DNA of 64,000 nucleotides from Porphyridium purpureum (lineage: Eukaryota): NCBI GenBank assembly GCA_008690995.1, contig VRMN01000011.1:310001-374000 (forward strand), written 5' to 3'. Under the pieces are notes generated by a model, which had not been told where the DNA came from, did not search any database, and was given only the letters and a program-made list of their open reading frames with translations. The position numbers and the translations under genes are program-made. Each line of letters begins with the position of its first letter. Positions within the stretch are counted from its first letter, which is position 1. Below are positions 1 to 9,883 of the stretch, in pieces.

Positions 1-1119
1 TTCCAGTGGAAGCTCGTGCATGGTGAAAAGAATGTGTACGTCCGGAGAAATGCTGCAAGTTCGTCAGTTGCGTTGTTGGCTCTGTACGTGGATGATGGTC
101 TATTAGCCTGTCGAGAGGAGGAACGCCCAGGAATCATCGAAGAATTGAAACAAGAGTTTCTCATAGAAAAAGCACCAGAACTATTGACGGAAGGAGGATC
201 CTTGAGATTCCTGGGGACGAGCATTTCCCTCAAAAATGGGAGCGTGAGTTTGGCGAATCAAGAGTATCAAGATGTGGTCATTCGGGAATTTGAGCAGGAT
301 ATTAGACGCGTATTGCGTGCCGTGAAGTCACCATCTGAGAAGCTAGATGGCGAGGAAGTTCTGAATTATCAAGTCATCTGGAAGACTTTGAAAGTAAGAG
401 AACACGTCGGGAGGCTGATGTGGCTCGCCAGAACGGTTCGACCTGATATTGCGTATGCAGTCGGTATGATTGCCCGGTACGTTGACAAGTGGAATGTGGC
501 AGCAGAAAGGCTGCTCGTACGAGTCGTGCAGTATTTGAAAACACCTCGGGAAGCATTGGAGTATCACGTGTTGGGGAATCTCAAGGAAGGCATCAGAATG
601 GTGAACATTCTTGGATACACGGATGCTGACTTTGCTGGTTGTCCAGAGAGTCGTGTGTCGACTTCTGGAAGAGCAACGTACTTAGTTGCTGGAGATTACA
701 AGTACCTAGTGGATTGGTCTTCAAGAAAGCAGCGTTTCGTGAGCTCGTCGACTTCAGAGTCGGAGCTGGCCGCCCTAGAGGAAACTGTGCAACTCTCGTT
801 GTTTCCTGCATTGTCTTTCTTGCGAAGTATACGTGACGGAGAGTTCTCGGTGATTTTGATGTGTGACAATCAAGCTGTGATGCGAGCAATAGAGATGGGG
901 TACTCGCCAAAGTTGCATCATATGGCGATAACCCGAGCAACAGATTTGGCCTGGTTGCATCAGGTGTGCGAAAAGCAGAAACTTGTGAAACTGGCATTTG
1001 TGAAGACGGACGAAAATGTGGCGGACTTAATGACCAAGGCCTTATTTCCGGAGGGCCACATTAAGTGCTGGGAGAAGTTACGCGTCCCTCAGACCGGAAG
1101 GAGGAGCGTGGAATTTTAG
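1..1119 (+). CDS. Pol C-terminus (Ty1/Copia-type RT and RNase H), 5'-partial
   Basis: Frame open from base 1; motifs LYVDD, RPDIAYAV, GYTDADFAG, CDNQA, NVADLMTKAL; stop codon lies inside the LTR. Confidence 0.95.
   Translation, partial: FQWKLVHGEKNVYVRRNAASSSVALLALYVDDGLLACREEERPGIIEELKQEFLIEKAPELLTEGGSLRFLGTSISLKNGSVSLANQEYQDVVIREFEQDIRRVLRAVKSPSEKLDGEEVLNYQVIWKTLKVREHVGRLMWLARTVRPDIAYAVGMIARYVDKWNVAAERLLVRVVQYLKTPREALEYHVLGNLKEGIRMVNILGYTDADFAGCPESRVSTSGRATYLVAGDYKYLVDWSSRKQRFVSSSTSESELAALEETVQLSLFPALSFLRSIRDGEFSVILMCDNQAVMRAIEMGYSPKLHHMAITRATDLAWLHQVCEKQKLVKLAFVKTDENVADLMTKALFPEGHIKCWEKLRVPQTGRRSVEF
1096..1106 (+). other. Polypurine tract of copy A
   Basis: GGAAGGAGGAG immediately before the LTR start CGTGGAATTT. 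Confidence 0.85.
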
Positions 1120-1903
1120 GGTTCCGCCCCGAGAGACGCCGTAGGGTTTTGAGTACAAAACCCTAGAAAGTTCTATGATGAAAGATTGTTCGAGAAGCGT
1201 GATGATCTCGGACCTGCGAAATGTTTGTCATTGTCGTTTTGTGTGGCCTTGTGCAAAGGTCAAAGGCCGGCCGAAGCTTCTGGATTCGTTCTTGACGCGC
1301 CCTCCCGGCCATTTTCCGGATACGTGGCCGGCTGTGGTTGCGAGTTGTGGAACGAATCAAAACCTGTGGTGGAAATTCGTCCTGTTGGAGAAATTTGTTC
1401 TCCCGTCCTTGCTGGAAAGAGCAAGGACGAAGGGTATAAAAGGACGAAGGGGCAAGCTGGTTCCCAGGAATTTCCAGGTCAAGGTAGAAGAAGAGGTAAG
1501 GGCAAACAGAATAAAAAGAGAATTGGTTAGTTGGATTGAGGCAGTCGTTGGAAGACTTGGGTTGGATTTGCGGGAGAGGCACGCTAGCGTGTTGTGCGAG
1601 CGGATATCGGTCTGGAGTGTTTTTAAAAAGGCAGCTGGGGTTTAAAAGTACCTTCCATCACCCTTCACTTGTCAAGACCGGTCCACTCCCTCTCGTAGTC
1701 CCCTATAAGTTGAATTTTCTGTCCTCTCTTCCTTTCTAGCCACTTTTCTCTGATTGTCCTGCTTGTCCTTCCGTTCGTTTCGGTGTGTCGGTTCGTCATC
1801 GGTTTGTCAGTTTCCGGGGTGTGGTGGTTTCCAGTTCCTGTTATCGGTGAAGCGGTCCGGTTTTGTTGATTCGGTTACAAAGCGGAGAGGGAGAAATTCC
1901 AAG
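1107..1903 (+). repeat. 3' LTR of copy A (797 bp)
   Basis: Begins CGTGGAATTTT and ends AAATTCCAAG; same length as the copy B LTRs with a handful of substitutions. Confidence 0.93.
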
Positions 1904-2599
1904 AAAAGGCATCCAAAGTCTTGATTTCCATTGAAATCATCCTTAAGTACAGTCGGCTTTTCAGGGGCGTCATCACTACGCAGAGGAAGCGACCCTGGAA
2001 TCCTTACACATGGTGTGGTTCTTTTGACTCTCTCAATGACGTGTTACGTTTGGTGAACGGTTGACGGGCAGAAAGACATCATCGAGGCCAGAAATATTAT
2101 CAGCCGTTGTTTACCAGCTTTGTCTTGATATTACAGAGAGTTCGCAAGAAGGAGATCATATCAGGAGCTTGCCGGTGATATGGATAGCGTGCCGGTCTCC
2201 TCGATGTTACCCATCCTTCCATTTCCTCTTCGGATATTTCGACTTGCAGAGTTAGTGGCAGAGTCCTTTTGCCGGCTGCCACATCCTAAACCTCCGCCAC
2301 ATGGTCAGTCTCCATCTATTTTGAATACAATCATATTATTTATGGAGTGTCAAGCATTATCAAGTTCATTTGAAAACGCAGTGAACCGCGTCAGAATCAT
2401 CACATCGAAATGTGTGCTTAGGACTGCCTGCGAGTGGAACTGTGTCACTAGATGGGGAATCTCTGCCGTTTATGTCGTTCACTTGCGCTATTGATGTGAA
2501 AACGACAGTTAAAAATTGAATTATGCAACTTCCTTTCCTCCAGACCAAGCCTGCGTTGTGGAACCACTTTTTCCACCGGCCATAACATTGCGGCGTATT

Positions 2600-4354
2600 T
2601 TACCCCTCAAAAAATTCTTGCACACTCGTTGCCGTGCCGACAACTGCCAAACAAATCCCGAAAAGTAGCATGAAAGTGTCCGTCATCTTACTGCTCAAAC
2701 TTGACTCGGACCAAAATCTCCACAGGTGTAGAATGGCTGGTATACAATATGCCAGAAAGCTGGCCCCCAAGGAGCCCACTAACGACATGAACAGGCCAAA
2801 ATGCTCCCCAGCAACCATTGCAACCACAGCTGTCAGGAAAACAACGACACTCCTGCCCGTTACCACACGCGAATCTTCAATGAACAGGCTCCGCTCCGAC
2901 CTCAATGTTCTCAAGCCTTCTCGGCGGTCCATTTCTTCTATCCATTCCAGTTCTTGGATCAATTTTCTTTTCAACGTGCCCCGATCTTCAAAACTAATAG
3001 ATTTCTTCAGTGTCTTCGGCACGTCATGGGAAAGCGTGCGCGTCGCTACCTCTTGTTCCTCGAGAATTTCGTCATGCGTTTGGCTGCGCTTCAACGCCCC
3101 GCCTTCGCGAACATCCCCCTCATCTCGGTCAGGAGATTCATATTCATGATCCTCATCGGCATAGTGCGTCTCCAAAATGTTTCGATTGCGAACTTCGAAA
3201 TCCGAAGCTCCCAAGTTGTGTGTAATCACGTGACGCGGAAAATGGCCATGAAGCCAGTCGTCCAAAGCATGCATAACAGGAGCGATCTGAAGCGGATACG
3301 TGAAGAGAATACCGAGACATAGCGATACCTTAATCATGTCCACTATGGAACTTCCCAGCACGTTGTTCATGATAAGCGAAGAAGTCTTGGAGCCAAAGTT
3401 GATGTATCCAAGCACACCCATCGGAATCATAACAACGCCCATGCAAATGAGCGCTGTTCTCAGAACTATTGGGAAGCGCGTTGAATCTTTCATTGCCGAC
3501 TCGATAGGAATCACCAACGCTATGCCTTCCAAAGCTGCAGTCATTTCTCCAAAAAATATCGGCAAAGAAGACAACTGCGGAGGCTGTGTAATTCGCCAGT
3601 CAAAGTTCGCAACAATGTACCACATGATTGCAATGTATCCAGCAAGCAGAGAAAAATTTGCAACGCTCGAGAACCCGGCCAGTGACCGCACGGATCTCAG
3701 CAAGGATAATGGGAGCAAAACTGGCAAAGGCACCAGTGTAAAGCGCCACACAGGATTACGCGACTCGACAAGCTGCCTCAAAGTCTGCGAAAGGAAAATG
3801 ATGTACGCGACACAAAACCCAAACTGTGTAAAGACAAGCACAACATTGACGACTCGCTCCATATTCTCCCCAAGCACTTCTCTTGTGACGTCCCCGAAGG
3901 TCCAGCGCGTTGCCTTGGCTCCCTCCATTTTCGGCAACGACCGCTTCACGCGAATGATATTCATGGAGCAGTAGTTTGTTGCCCACAGGATGAACACCAT
4001 TCCAACAACGCCTCTTACTAAGCCAGCCTTCGAGAACGCGTAGGACACGTACATAAAGTTCATCCCAATGAACGCCTTGAACATATTTGCGAGGTCTATG
4101 CCGAAATCCGTCGTCGATACTTTGCGTCGCGTAACAATTGCAGCAGCTAGGTTCGGCGCGAACTCGCTGTGCGCGTCCTCCACGAAGCCTTCATTGATGA
4201 GCACTCGCTTTGCCGTCTTTGGCGATGGCACGTCAGTTTGGCCGGGCTCTTCCACACAGACACCTGAGTCGTGAGGAAGGGCACCGTAAAGCGCAGCAGC
4301 ATCCGCGGCTGTAACCGACCGAGGGGCAGCGAGGAGGGACTCTCTCTCACTCAT
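2600..4354 (-). CDS. Amino acid transporter (AAAP/Aa_trans, SLC36/AVT-like), probably vacuolar
   Basis: NMFKAFIG, AFSKAG, LEGIALVIPIE, FTYPLQ, SLVGSLG motifs; many TM segments; N-terminal ERESLL dileucine-type signal. Confidence 0.9.
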   Translation of the reverse strand: MSERESLLAAPRSVTAADAAALYGALPHDSGVCVEEPGQTDVPSPKTAKRVLINEGFVEDAHSEFAPNLAAAIVTRRKVSTTDFGIDLANMFKAFIGMNFMYVSYAFSKAGLVRGVVGMVFILWATNYCSMNIIRVKRSLPKMEGAKATRWTFGDVTREVLGENMERVVNVVLVFTQFGFCVAYIIFLSQTLRQLVESRNPVWRFTLVPLPVLLPLSLLRSVRSLAGFSSVANFSLLAGYIAIMWYIVANFDWRITQPPQLSSLPIFFGEMTAALEGIALVIPIESAMKDSTRFPIVLRTALICMGVVMIPMGVLGYINFGSKTSSLIMNNVLGSSIVDMIKVSLCLGILFTYPLQIAPVMHALDDWLHGHFPRHVITHNLGASDFEVRNRNILETHYADEDHEYESPDRDEGDVREGGALKRSQTHDEILEEQEVATRTLSHDVPKTLKKSISFEDRGTLKRKLIQELEWIEEMDRREGLRTLRSERSLFIEDSRVVTGRSVVVFLTAVVAMVAGEHFGLFMSLVGSLGASFLAYCIPAILHLWRFWSESSLSSKMTDTFMLLFGICLAVVGTATSVQEFFEG

Positions 4355-4861
4355 GACTGCTTGCTTTCTTGCCCCACGCTCACAGGCGACAGCCGGACGA
4401 GTTCACAGCGCTATACACCGGCGCCCTGGTAGACGCCGTGACAGAGATCGGTGCGCTGCGACGAAGGCAGAGACCAGCGTCTCAGCGCGTGCCTCAATCG
4501 AGGTGGTCGCCCGGCTTCCGAGTAAGACTACGTGCTAACCCCGCTCCAAGCTCGCACGCTGCGGTTACGTGGCACGTTGCCGCTGTGGTACTCGCGTTAT
4601 ATTGTGCACCCACCTGCTCGCGTGCTCGGGCGCGGGGCTCGCAGGCTCTGAAGGGCTGTCGGCGTGCCAGTCAGGCTGTTCCGTCCGGCCTCTGCTGATT
4701 ATCTGCAGATCTGCGCTGAACGGAAACCAAAGCCTTCCAAATGGGGGCGCAAGAACGTGCTGAACTTGTGGTTGCTTTAAAGTCCTACTAAAACCCTACA
4801 GCTTCGAGCATCAGAAAGGACAGTACGACGCCCACCGAACTTTAGATTCTGTACCGACTCT

Positions 4862-6496
4862 TCAGTGTCTACCGTGAGGATCTTCACGCTTGCGCGGGGC
4901 AGCTTTGATCACATCGTCGACGCGAATGACCATTTCGGCAGCTTCCACAGCAGAGTTCACCATAGAGTACTTGAGCTTGAATGACTCTCGGATCCCCATC
5001 TCTTCCGCGTCCCCAATCACACCCTCATTCACATCAAGGCCTAACGTGTGCCTTCCCTCTGCATGGTGCGCCCTCAGAGTGGCCACTAGATCGGCAGCGT
5101 CAAGGCCAGCGTTGTCAGCGATGATGGCAGGAAGAGCGCGAAGCGCGGTAGCAAATGCCTCCATTGCCAGCGCAACTTTTCCTTGCTCGAGAGAGGCTGC
5201 GCCATCAACTGCACTAGCCATCGCCATTTCGGCCGCACCTGCGCCCAAAACCATGCGAGATTCAACGGATGCCGTTTGGCTCAGAACACACAAAGCGTCG
5301 TGCAGAGAGCGCTCGGCCTCGTCAAGCAACTGGACATTCGCACCACGCAGCACGACTGTGCATGCAGATCCTGCTTTACACCCCGAAAATCGAATCACGG
5401 GCTCTTCGCCGATCAAAATTTCCTCGATTTTCTCGCACTCGCCAAGCTGCACGGATTCTGGATCGTCAAATGTGGAAACAATGGTCGTCCCTGTTACCAA
5501 AGCAATACGCTCTACCCCATCAAAGTCAGCATGTTCGATCGCCATGATACCCTTTGACGTGAAGAATTGCTCTGGGCGGTTGTAAATGAGTTGCCGATTG
5601 ACGAAGACATTGCAGTTGTGCGCTGCGATCTTCTCGCACTTGGCCATCATCTTTGCCTGTTCAGCTTTCTCAATCTCCGCAACGCGGGCAAGCGAATCCA
5701 CACGAACGCGTGCGCCGTATATTTTGACCTTGTCAGTGTCCATACCAGTATTTGCGACCAGGATTCTCGCATTGTGCATGACCTTCGGCTGCCCTACACC
5801 AAGCTTCTTCTGCAGCAGAAATCCTGGCTCCAGCCACGAGTCTGCGAGACTGCCACCGCTTTGCTTGATAATCTGAATCAGATCTAGGTTTGTAGAGCCC
5901 TCGAGGCGCAAGATCGCGTCCACGGCGAGACAAGCAAAATGATCCATGCTCTGAGCCAGCACTTTGCTCGACAGAGTGGTCTTGGCGAGCTTGACCAGCT
6001 CTTTGCGAAAGATTTCCTTATCGTGCTTAAAATCGACCGCCAGAGATTCCAGCTTCGCCAGAGCCGCCTTTGCAGCCATGCGATAGCCCAAAGCGATTGT
6101 TTGAGGGTGAAGGTGGTTCTCTAGCAGTTTCTCGGCTTGCCGAAGCAGCTCTCCAGCAAAGCAACACACTGAAGTGGTCCCATCCCCAATCTCTTCGTCT
6201 TGGGTCTTTGATATCTCAATCAATACCTTGGCGGCTGGGTTGTCAATGAGAAGGGAACGCAAGATCGTGGCACCGTCGTTTGTGACCATGATGGAGCCGG
6301 ACTGCGACTGGAGAATCTTGTCCATCCCCTTTGGACCCAGGGTCGTCTTGACGAGATCGGTAATCGCAATCGCACCCACAAAGTTGCTCATGCGCGCGTT
6401 CTCGCCGCGCTCTTCGTAGGCGCCATCGCCGAGGACATTTGGCACAACTCCCATGCCGAACGGTGCGTGCATCGCTCGCGCGTTGCCGGACTGCAT
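4862..6496 (-). CDS. CCT2: T-complex protein 1 subunit beta (CCT chaperonin)
   Basis: [24 protein letters not shown]; beta-type [20 protein letters not shown] and [11 protein letters not shown]; start Met uncertain. Confidence 0.95.
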   Translation of the reverse strand: MQSGNARAMHAPFGMGVVPNVLGDGAYEERGENARMSNFVGAIAITDLVKTTLGPKGMDKILQSQSGSIMVTNDGATILRSLLIDNPAAKVLIEISKTQDEEIGDGTTSVCCFAGELLRQAEKLLENHLHPQTIALGYRMAAKAALAKLESLAVDFKHDKEIFRKELVKLAKTTLSSKVLAQSMDHFACLAVDAILRLEGSTNLDLIQIIKQSGGSLADSWLEPGFLLQKKLGVGQPKVMHNARILVANTGMDTDKVKIYGARVRVDSLARVAEIEKAEQAKMMAKCEKIAAHNCNVFVNRQLIYNRPEQFFTSKGIMAIEHADFDGVERIALVTGTTIVSTFDDPESVQLGECEKIEEILIGEEPVIRFSGCKAGSACTVVLRGANVQLLDEAERSLHDALCVLSQTASVESRMVLGAGAAEMAMASAVDGAASLEQGKVALAMEAFATALRALPAIIADNAGLDAADLVATLRAHHAEGRHTLGLDVNEGVIGDAEEMGIRESFKLKYSMVNSAVEAAEMVIRVDDVIKAAPRKREDPHGRH

Positions 6497-6824
6497 GATG
6501 CCAGCGCGGTGACGCGGGGGAGAGAATTCTCCGAAGGCTTCTGTTCAGGGCAATCGACTAGAACTGATACCTGTGCTGGCAGTGCTGCTGCTCCCGCTGC
6601 CACCGTCACTCGCTGGTCGCCCTCTCTCCGATCGGCTGCCCAGCGCGCACCACCATTGCCACCTGCCGACCGCTGCAACTGCAGCTGTACCTCTATCACG
6701 TTGGTGTACCTTCTCTCCCCCCTCCGCCCCCCAACCACCACTCTGAACCTCATTCTAACCCGCGCAGACGGTTAGTCTTAGGGTCCTGGCTTGCACAGCG
6801 CGACCTGCCAAGAGCTTCGCGCGA

Positions 6825-7862
6825 TCACAACACGACATGGAAGCGGAGGCGGTTGGCTGCGCGCATGCCCAGCTTGATTGTCTGGAACCAGGTGATGACG
6901 GGCACAGTGAGGCATAAGGACGACACATCAGACACAGCTTTCACAAAGCGTTTCACAGGAGTGTGTGTATCGGGCCCCAGCTTGAGACAAACCTCGTCGA
7001 GGGCCTGTCGCACAGCGAGCGCAGGCAGCCCCACGTAGAAGCCAAACGTCACGCAGCTTCTCCAAAAGGAGCCCCGCCTCGCGAGCGGACTCGACTCGAT
7101 TTGAAAGTATCCAAACATGAGAGCCCTGTAGCATAGCGTCGCGACTTCACCCGCATACGCGCGTACGCTTTTGACGCGGCGGAGCTTCATCAAATATGCC
7201 TCCGGGACCTGCAATGCTACGGCGCCCTTGATAATTTTCTCAAGGTATCGCGAACTGGGCGGGACGTCCCAATCACCCGGTGCGCGTCGATGCGGCGTGA
7301 CCGAGAATGCCACTGCCTGGACGACCCGACCAGAACTCGTGCGGCAATCTACCACAATTTCAGTGTAAGGAGGGTCAGTGTGCCGACCTCCTTCGGTCAC
7401 AAAAAGCTTGTTGTATTCCAAGCCGGTCATTTCAATCAGCGCACCGTACACGCAGCCGTCGACCTGCACATCATAGTTCCACAGCGCATCCCTCGTGGTT
7501 GACGCACTATGCTGGTCTTGCACATTGCGCAGCGAAGCAAAGCTGGGCTCAAATGGTGGAACACACGCCAAATCAAACGCTAGGCGATAGCCTTGGACCC
7601 ACGCCAGCTCGAACGACACATAGTGTATACCCTCCTCGAACCCACGCGAGCTCTTGAGAGAAAAAGGGGGATATATGTTTGCGCCGATTGCAAAATTATA
7701 GACGACATCTCGGTAAACGAGATCCGGGCGCACAATACCGCGCTCACGATCGCTGGCCTCAATGTCGCGAAGGGTGTGGGAGGGCTGATGGTCGGAGGCC
7801 ATTTTCTTGATGAGCTGCTGAATCTCGGCCTCGCCGTGTGGGTGCTCCGTGGGGGCTGCCAT
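6825..7862 (-). CDS. Gamma-glutamylcyclotransferase-like (GGCT/AIG2 fold) protein
   Basis: YNFAIGANI, YRLAF, VYGAL, EGG..Y, PSSRYLEKIIKGA resemble GGCT-like motifs; hydrophobic C-terminal extension. Confidence 0.65.
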   Translation of the reverse strand: MAAPTEHPHGEAEIQQLIKKMASDHQPSHTLRDIEASDRERGIVRPDLVYRDVVYNFAIGANIYPPFSLKSSRGFEEGIHYVSFELAWVQGYRLAFDLACVPPFEPSFASLRNVQDQHSASTTRDALWNYDVQVDGCVYGALIEMTGLEYNKLFVTEGGRHTDPPYTEIVVDCRTSSGRVVQAVAFSVTPHRRAPGDWDVPPSSRYLEKIIKGAVALQVPEAYLMKLRRVKSVRAYAGEVATLCYRALMFGYFQIESSPLARRGSFWRSCVTFGFYVGLPALAVRQALDEVCLKLGPDTHTPVKRFVKAVSDVSSLCLTVPVITWFQTIKLGMRAANRLRFHVVL

Positions 7863-8275
7863 AGCGTCTCTGTCTCCCCGGCGCCCGGACTGCCTCGGTC
7901 AGAGCCGCACCCGAGGGTCGCGCGGCCATGCAGCAGCGAAGGCTCGCCCCAGTCGCCCAGTGCGGAGTGTCGCGCTGCCCCGCCTGCGCGCAGCAACTGT
8001 AAGCCGGGCGTGTGTTCTGTTCGAGCAGCGGGACTGTACCCGGTGCCGCGGGGCACGGTGGATTGCGCATCGCCTCACGCATGACGTGCCAGGTGGCTGG
8101 CAGGCGGCGTGCGCAGGCGTGCTGAGCCGCCGAGTGCTCGCGCCCGCGGCCCCTGTGTATAAAGGCGCGCGGGATACAGCGGCGAGCAAACACACCGCGC
8201 TACTCACATCTGCGGAAGTCTGCACGCGCGCAGGAGCACACCAGTGCAAGGCCGCGCGTGGGAGTGTCTGTGCAG

Positions 8276-8361
8276 GTGCGTGCGCGTGCGCGGGCTGGTG
8301 TGGTCGTGCGAGCGCCTTGATTGTGGAATTCTCTTGCGTCACTGACAAATACTTCTCGCAG
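8276..8361 (+). other. Putative 5'-UTR intron of OAT
   Basis: CAG|GTGCGT donor, CACTGAC branch-like motif at 8340-8346, TTCTCGCAG acceptor 2 nt before the ATG; TATAAA near 8158. Confidence 0.55.
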
Positions 8362-8363
8362 GT

Positions 8364-9695
8364 ATGAGTAATGCCATTCGCCTTCGTACGCAGATACGCC
8401 CTGCGTACGTCGTGCGCCGCGCTTTCGCTGCGCTCGCCGAGCGAACCGATGCACCGCATGCGCCAGTGGCATCCGAGCGAGAGAGTCGATGCTTCGAACT
8501 GGAGAAAAAATACGGCGCATTCAATTATCATCCAATGCCGGTTGTTCTCCAGCGCGGCAAGGCGGCAAAGGTCTGGGACGTGAACAATGTTGAATATTAC
8601 GATTTTTTGTCCGCGTATTCAGCCGTCAACCAGGGGCATTGCCATCCCAGAATCGTGCAGGCGCTGGTTCAGCAGGCGTCTACGCTCTCTCTGACATCGC
8701 GAGCTTTCCACAACGACGTCCTGGGCGAGTTTGAGCAGAAAATTTGTACATTGCTCGGCTACGATCGAGTCCTTCCCATGAACACAGGCGTCGAAGGGGG
8801 TGAGACTGCCGTCAAGCTGGCGCGCCGCTGGGGCTATGATGTCAAGAAAATCCCAGAAAACCAAGCCCGTGTGGTATTTGCCCGCGGGAATTTTTGGGGT
8901 CGCACCATTGCTGCCATCTCGAGTTCCACAGATCCAACCTCACGGCGCGGCTTTGGACCTTTTGTTCCGAATTACGACCTCGTGCCCTACGATGAGCTTG
9001 AGTCCCTTGACCGTGCACTGAGCAATCCCAATGTTTGCGCATTTATGGTTGAGCCAATTCAAGGGGAGGCTGGGGTTCTGGTACCACAGGATGGTTACTT
9101 GCGCAAGGCGCAGGAACTATGCCGCAAGCATAATGTCTTGCTCATCGCGGATGAGGTGCAGACGGGACTCGCCCGTACAGGCAAAATGCTGTGCGCAGAC
9201 TATGATGAGATACGACCAGACATCATTGTGCTCGGAAAGGCACTCTCGGGTGGATTATATCCAGTGTCGGCTGTCCTGTCTAGCAACGAGGTTATCACGC
9301 TCTTGCGACCGGGTGAGCATGGCTCCACATATGGAGGTAATCCACTGGGGTGCAAGGTTGCCATGGCGGCGTTAGATGTTTTAGTAGATGAAGGACTTGC
9401 GGAAAATGCTCGACTGCTCGGTGAGAAGCTGAGGGCAGGTCTCAAGGAGATGATGAATCCAGGGAGCGCCCTAGTCAATGTCCGTGGCAGAGGTCTTCTC
9501 ACAGGTATTACCATCGAACCGCGAGGTGAAAACACGGCCTGGGACTTTTGCATGGAGCTCAAGGATTTGGGACTACTGGCGAAACCAACTCACGGAGATA
9601 AGGTGCGCTTTGCGCCTCCGCTAGTGATCACGAGTGCGCAAATGGACGAATGCCTCGGCATAATCGAGAAAGGCCTGAAAGCCTATTCGTCGTAG
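8364..9695 (+). CDS. OAT: Ornithine aminotransferase, probably mitochondrial
   Basis: [57 protein letters not shown]; Arg/Ala-rich presequence. Confidence 0.97.
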   Translation: MSNAIRLRTQIRPAYVVRRAFAALAERTDAPHAPVASERESRCFELEKKYGAFNYHPMPVVLQRGKAAKVWDVNNVEYYDFLSAYSAVNQGHCHPRIVQALVQQASTLSLTSRAFHNDVLGEFEQKICTLLGYDRVLPMNTGVEGGETAVKLARRWGYDVKKIPENQARVVFARGNFWGRTIAAISSSTDPTSRRGFGPFVPNYDLVPYDELESLDRALSNPNVCAFMVEPIQGEAGVLVPQDGYLRKAQELCRKHNVLLIADEVQTGLARTGKMLCADYDEIRPDIIVLGKALSGGLYPVSAVLSSNEVITLLRPGEHGSTYGGNPLGCKVAMAALDVLVDEGLAENARLLGEKLRAGLKEMMNPGSALVNVRGRGLLTGITIEPRGENTAWDFCMELKDLGLLAKPTHGDKVRFAPPLVITSAQMDECLGIIEKGLKAYSS

Positions 9696-9883
9696 TCGGC
9701 GGGCGTACGCCCTCAGACTGTATCCGAGAGCTCTTGATTTGTTGAGATTACGCTCTTTAGTAGTCACGTACAATCGTGCTTGCGTCGGTCTGCTTGTCTC
9801 TGTATGGAAAGGGACTCGACATTAGAGCGAGGTCGGGTGGCCCGCCCCTTTTTAGATAAGCAAAGACTACAGCGTTTCCTGAC

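Larger units (their letters stand above)
1..1903 (+). mobile_element. LTR retrotransposon copy A (3' part; truncated by window start)
   Basis: RT/RNaseH ORF end, polypurine tract and a 797-bp LTR; near-identical to the reverse complement of the element at 25899-31659. Confidence 0.96.

Noticed and set aside
1163..1739. ORFs of 67-156 aa inside the LTRs, repeated in all three LTR copies
   Set aside because: Recurrence only reflects LTR duplication; starts and stops differ between copies A and B, and there are no protein motifs
4791..4798. Telo-box-like AAACCCTA (also at 14074, 55199 and in the LTR)
   Set aside because: Isolated 8-mers with no tandem telomeric array; enrichment cannot be shown by eye
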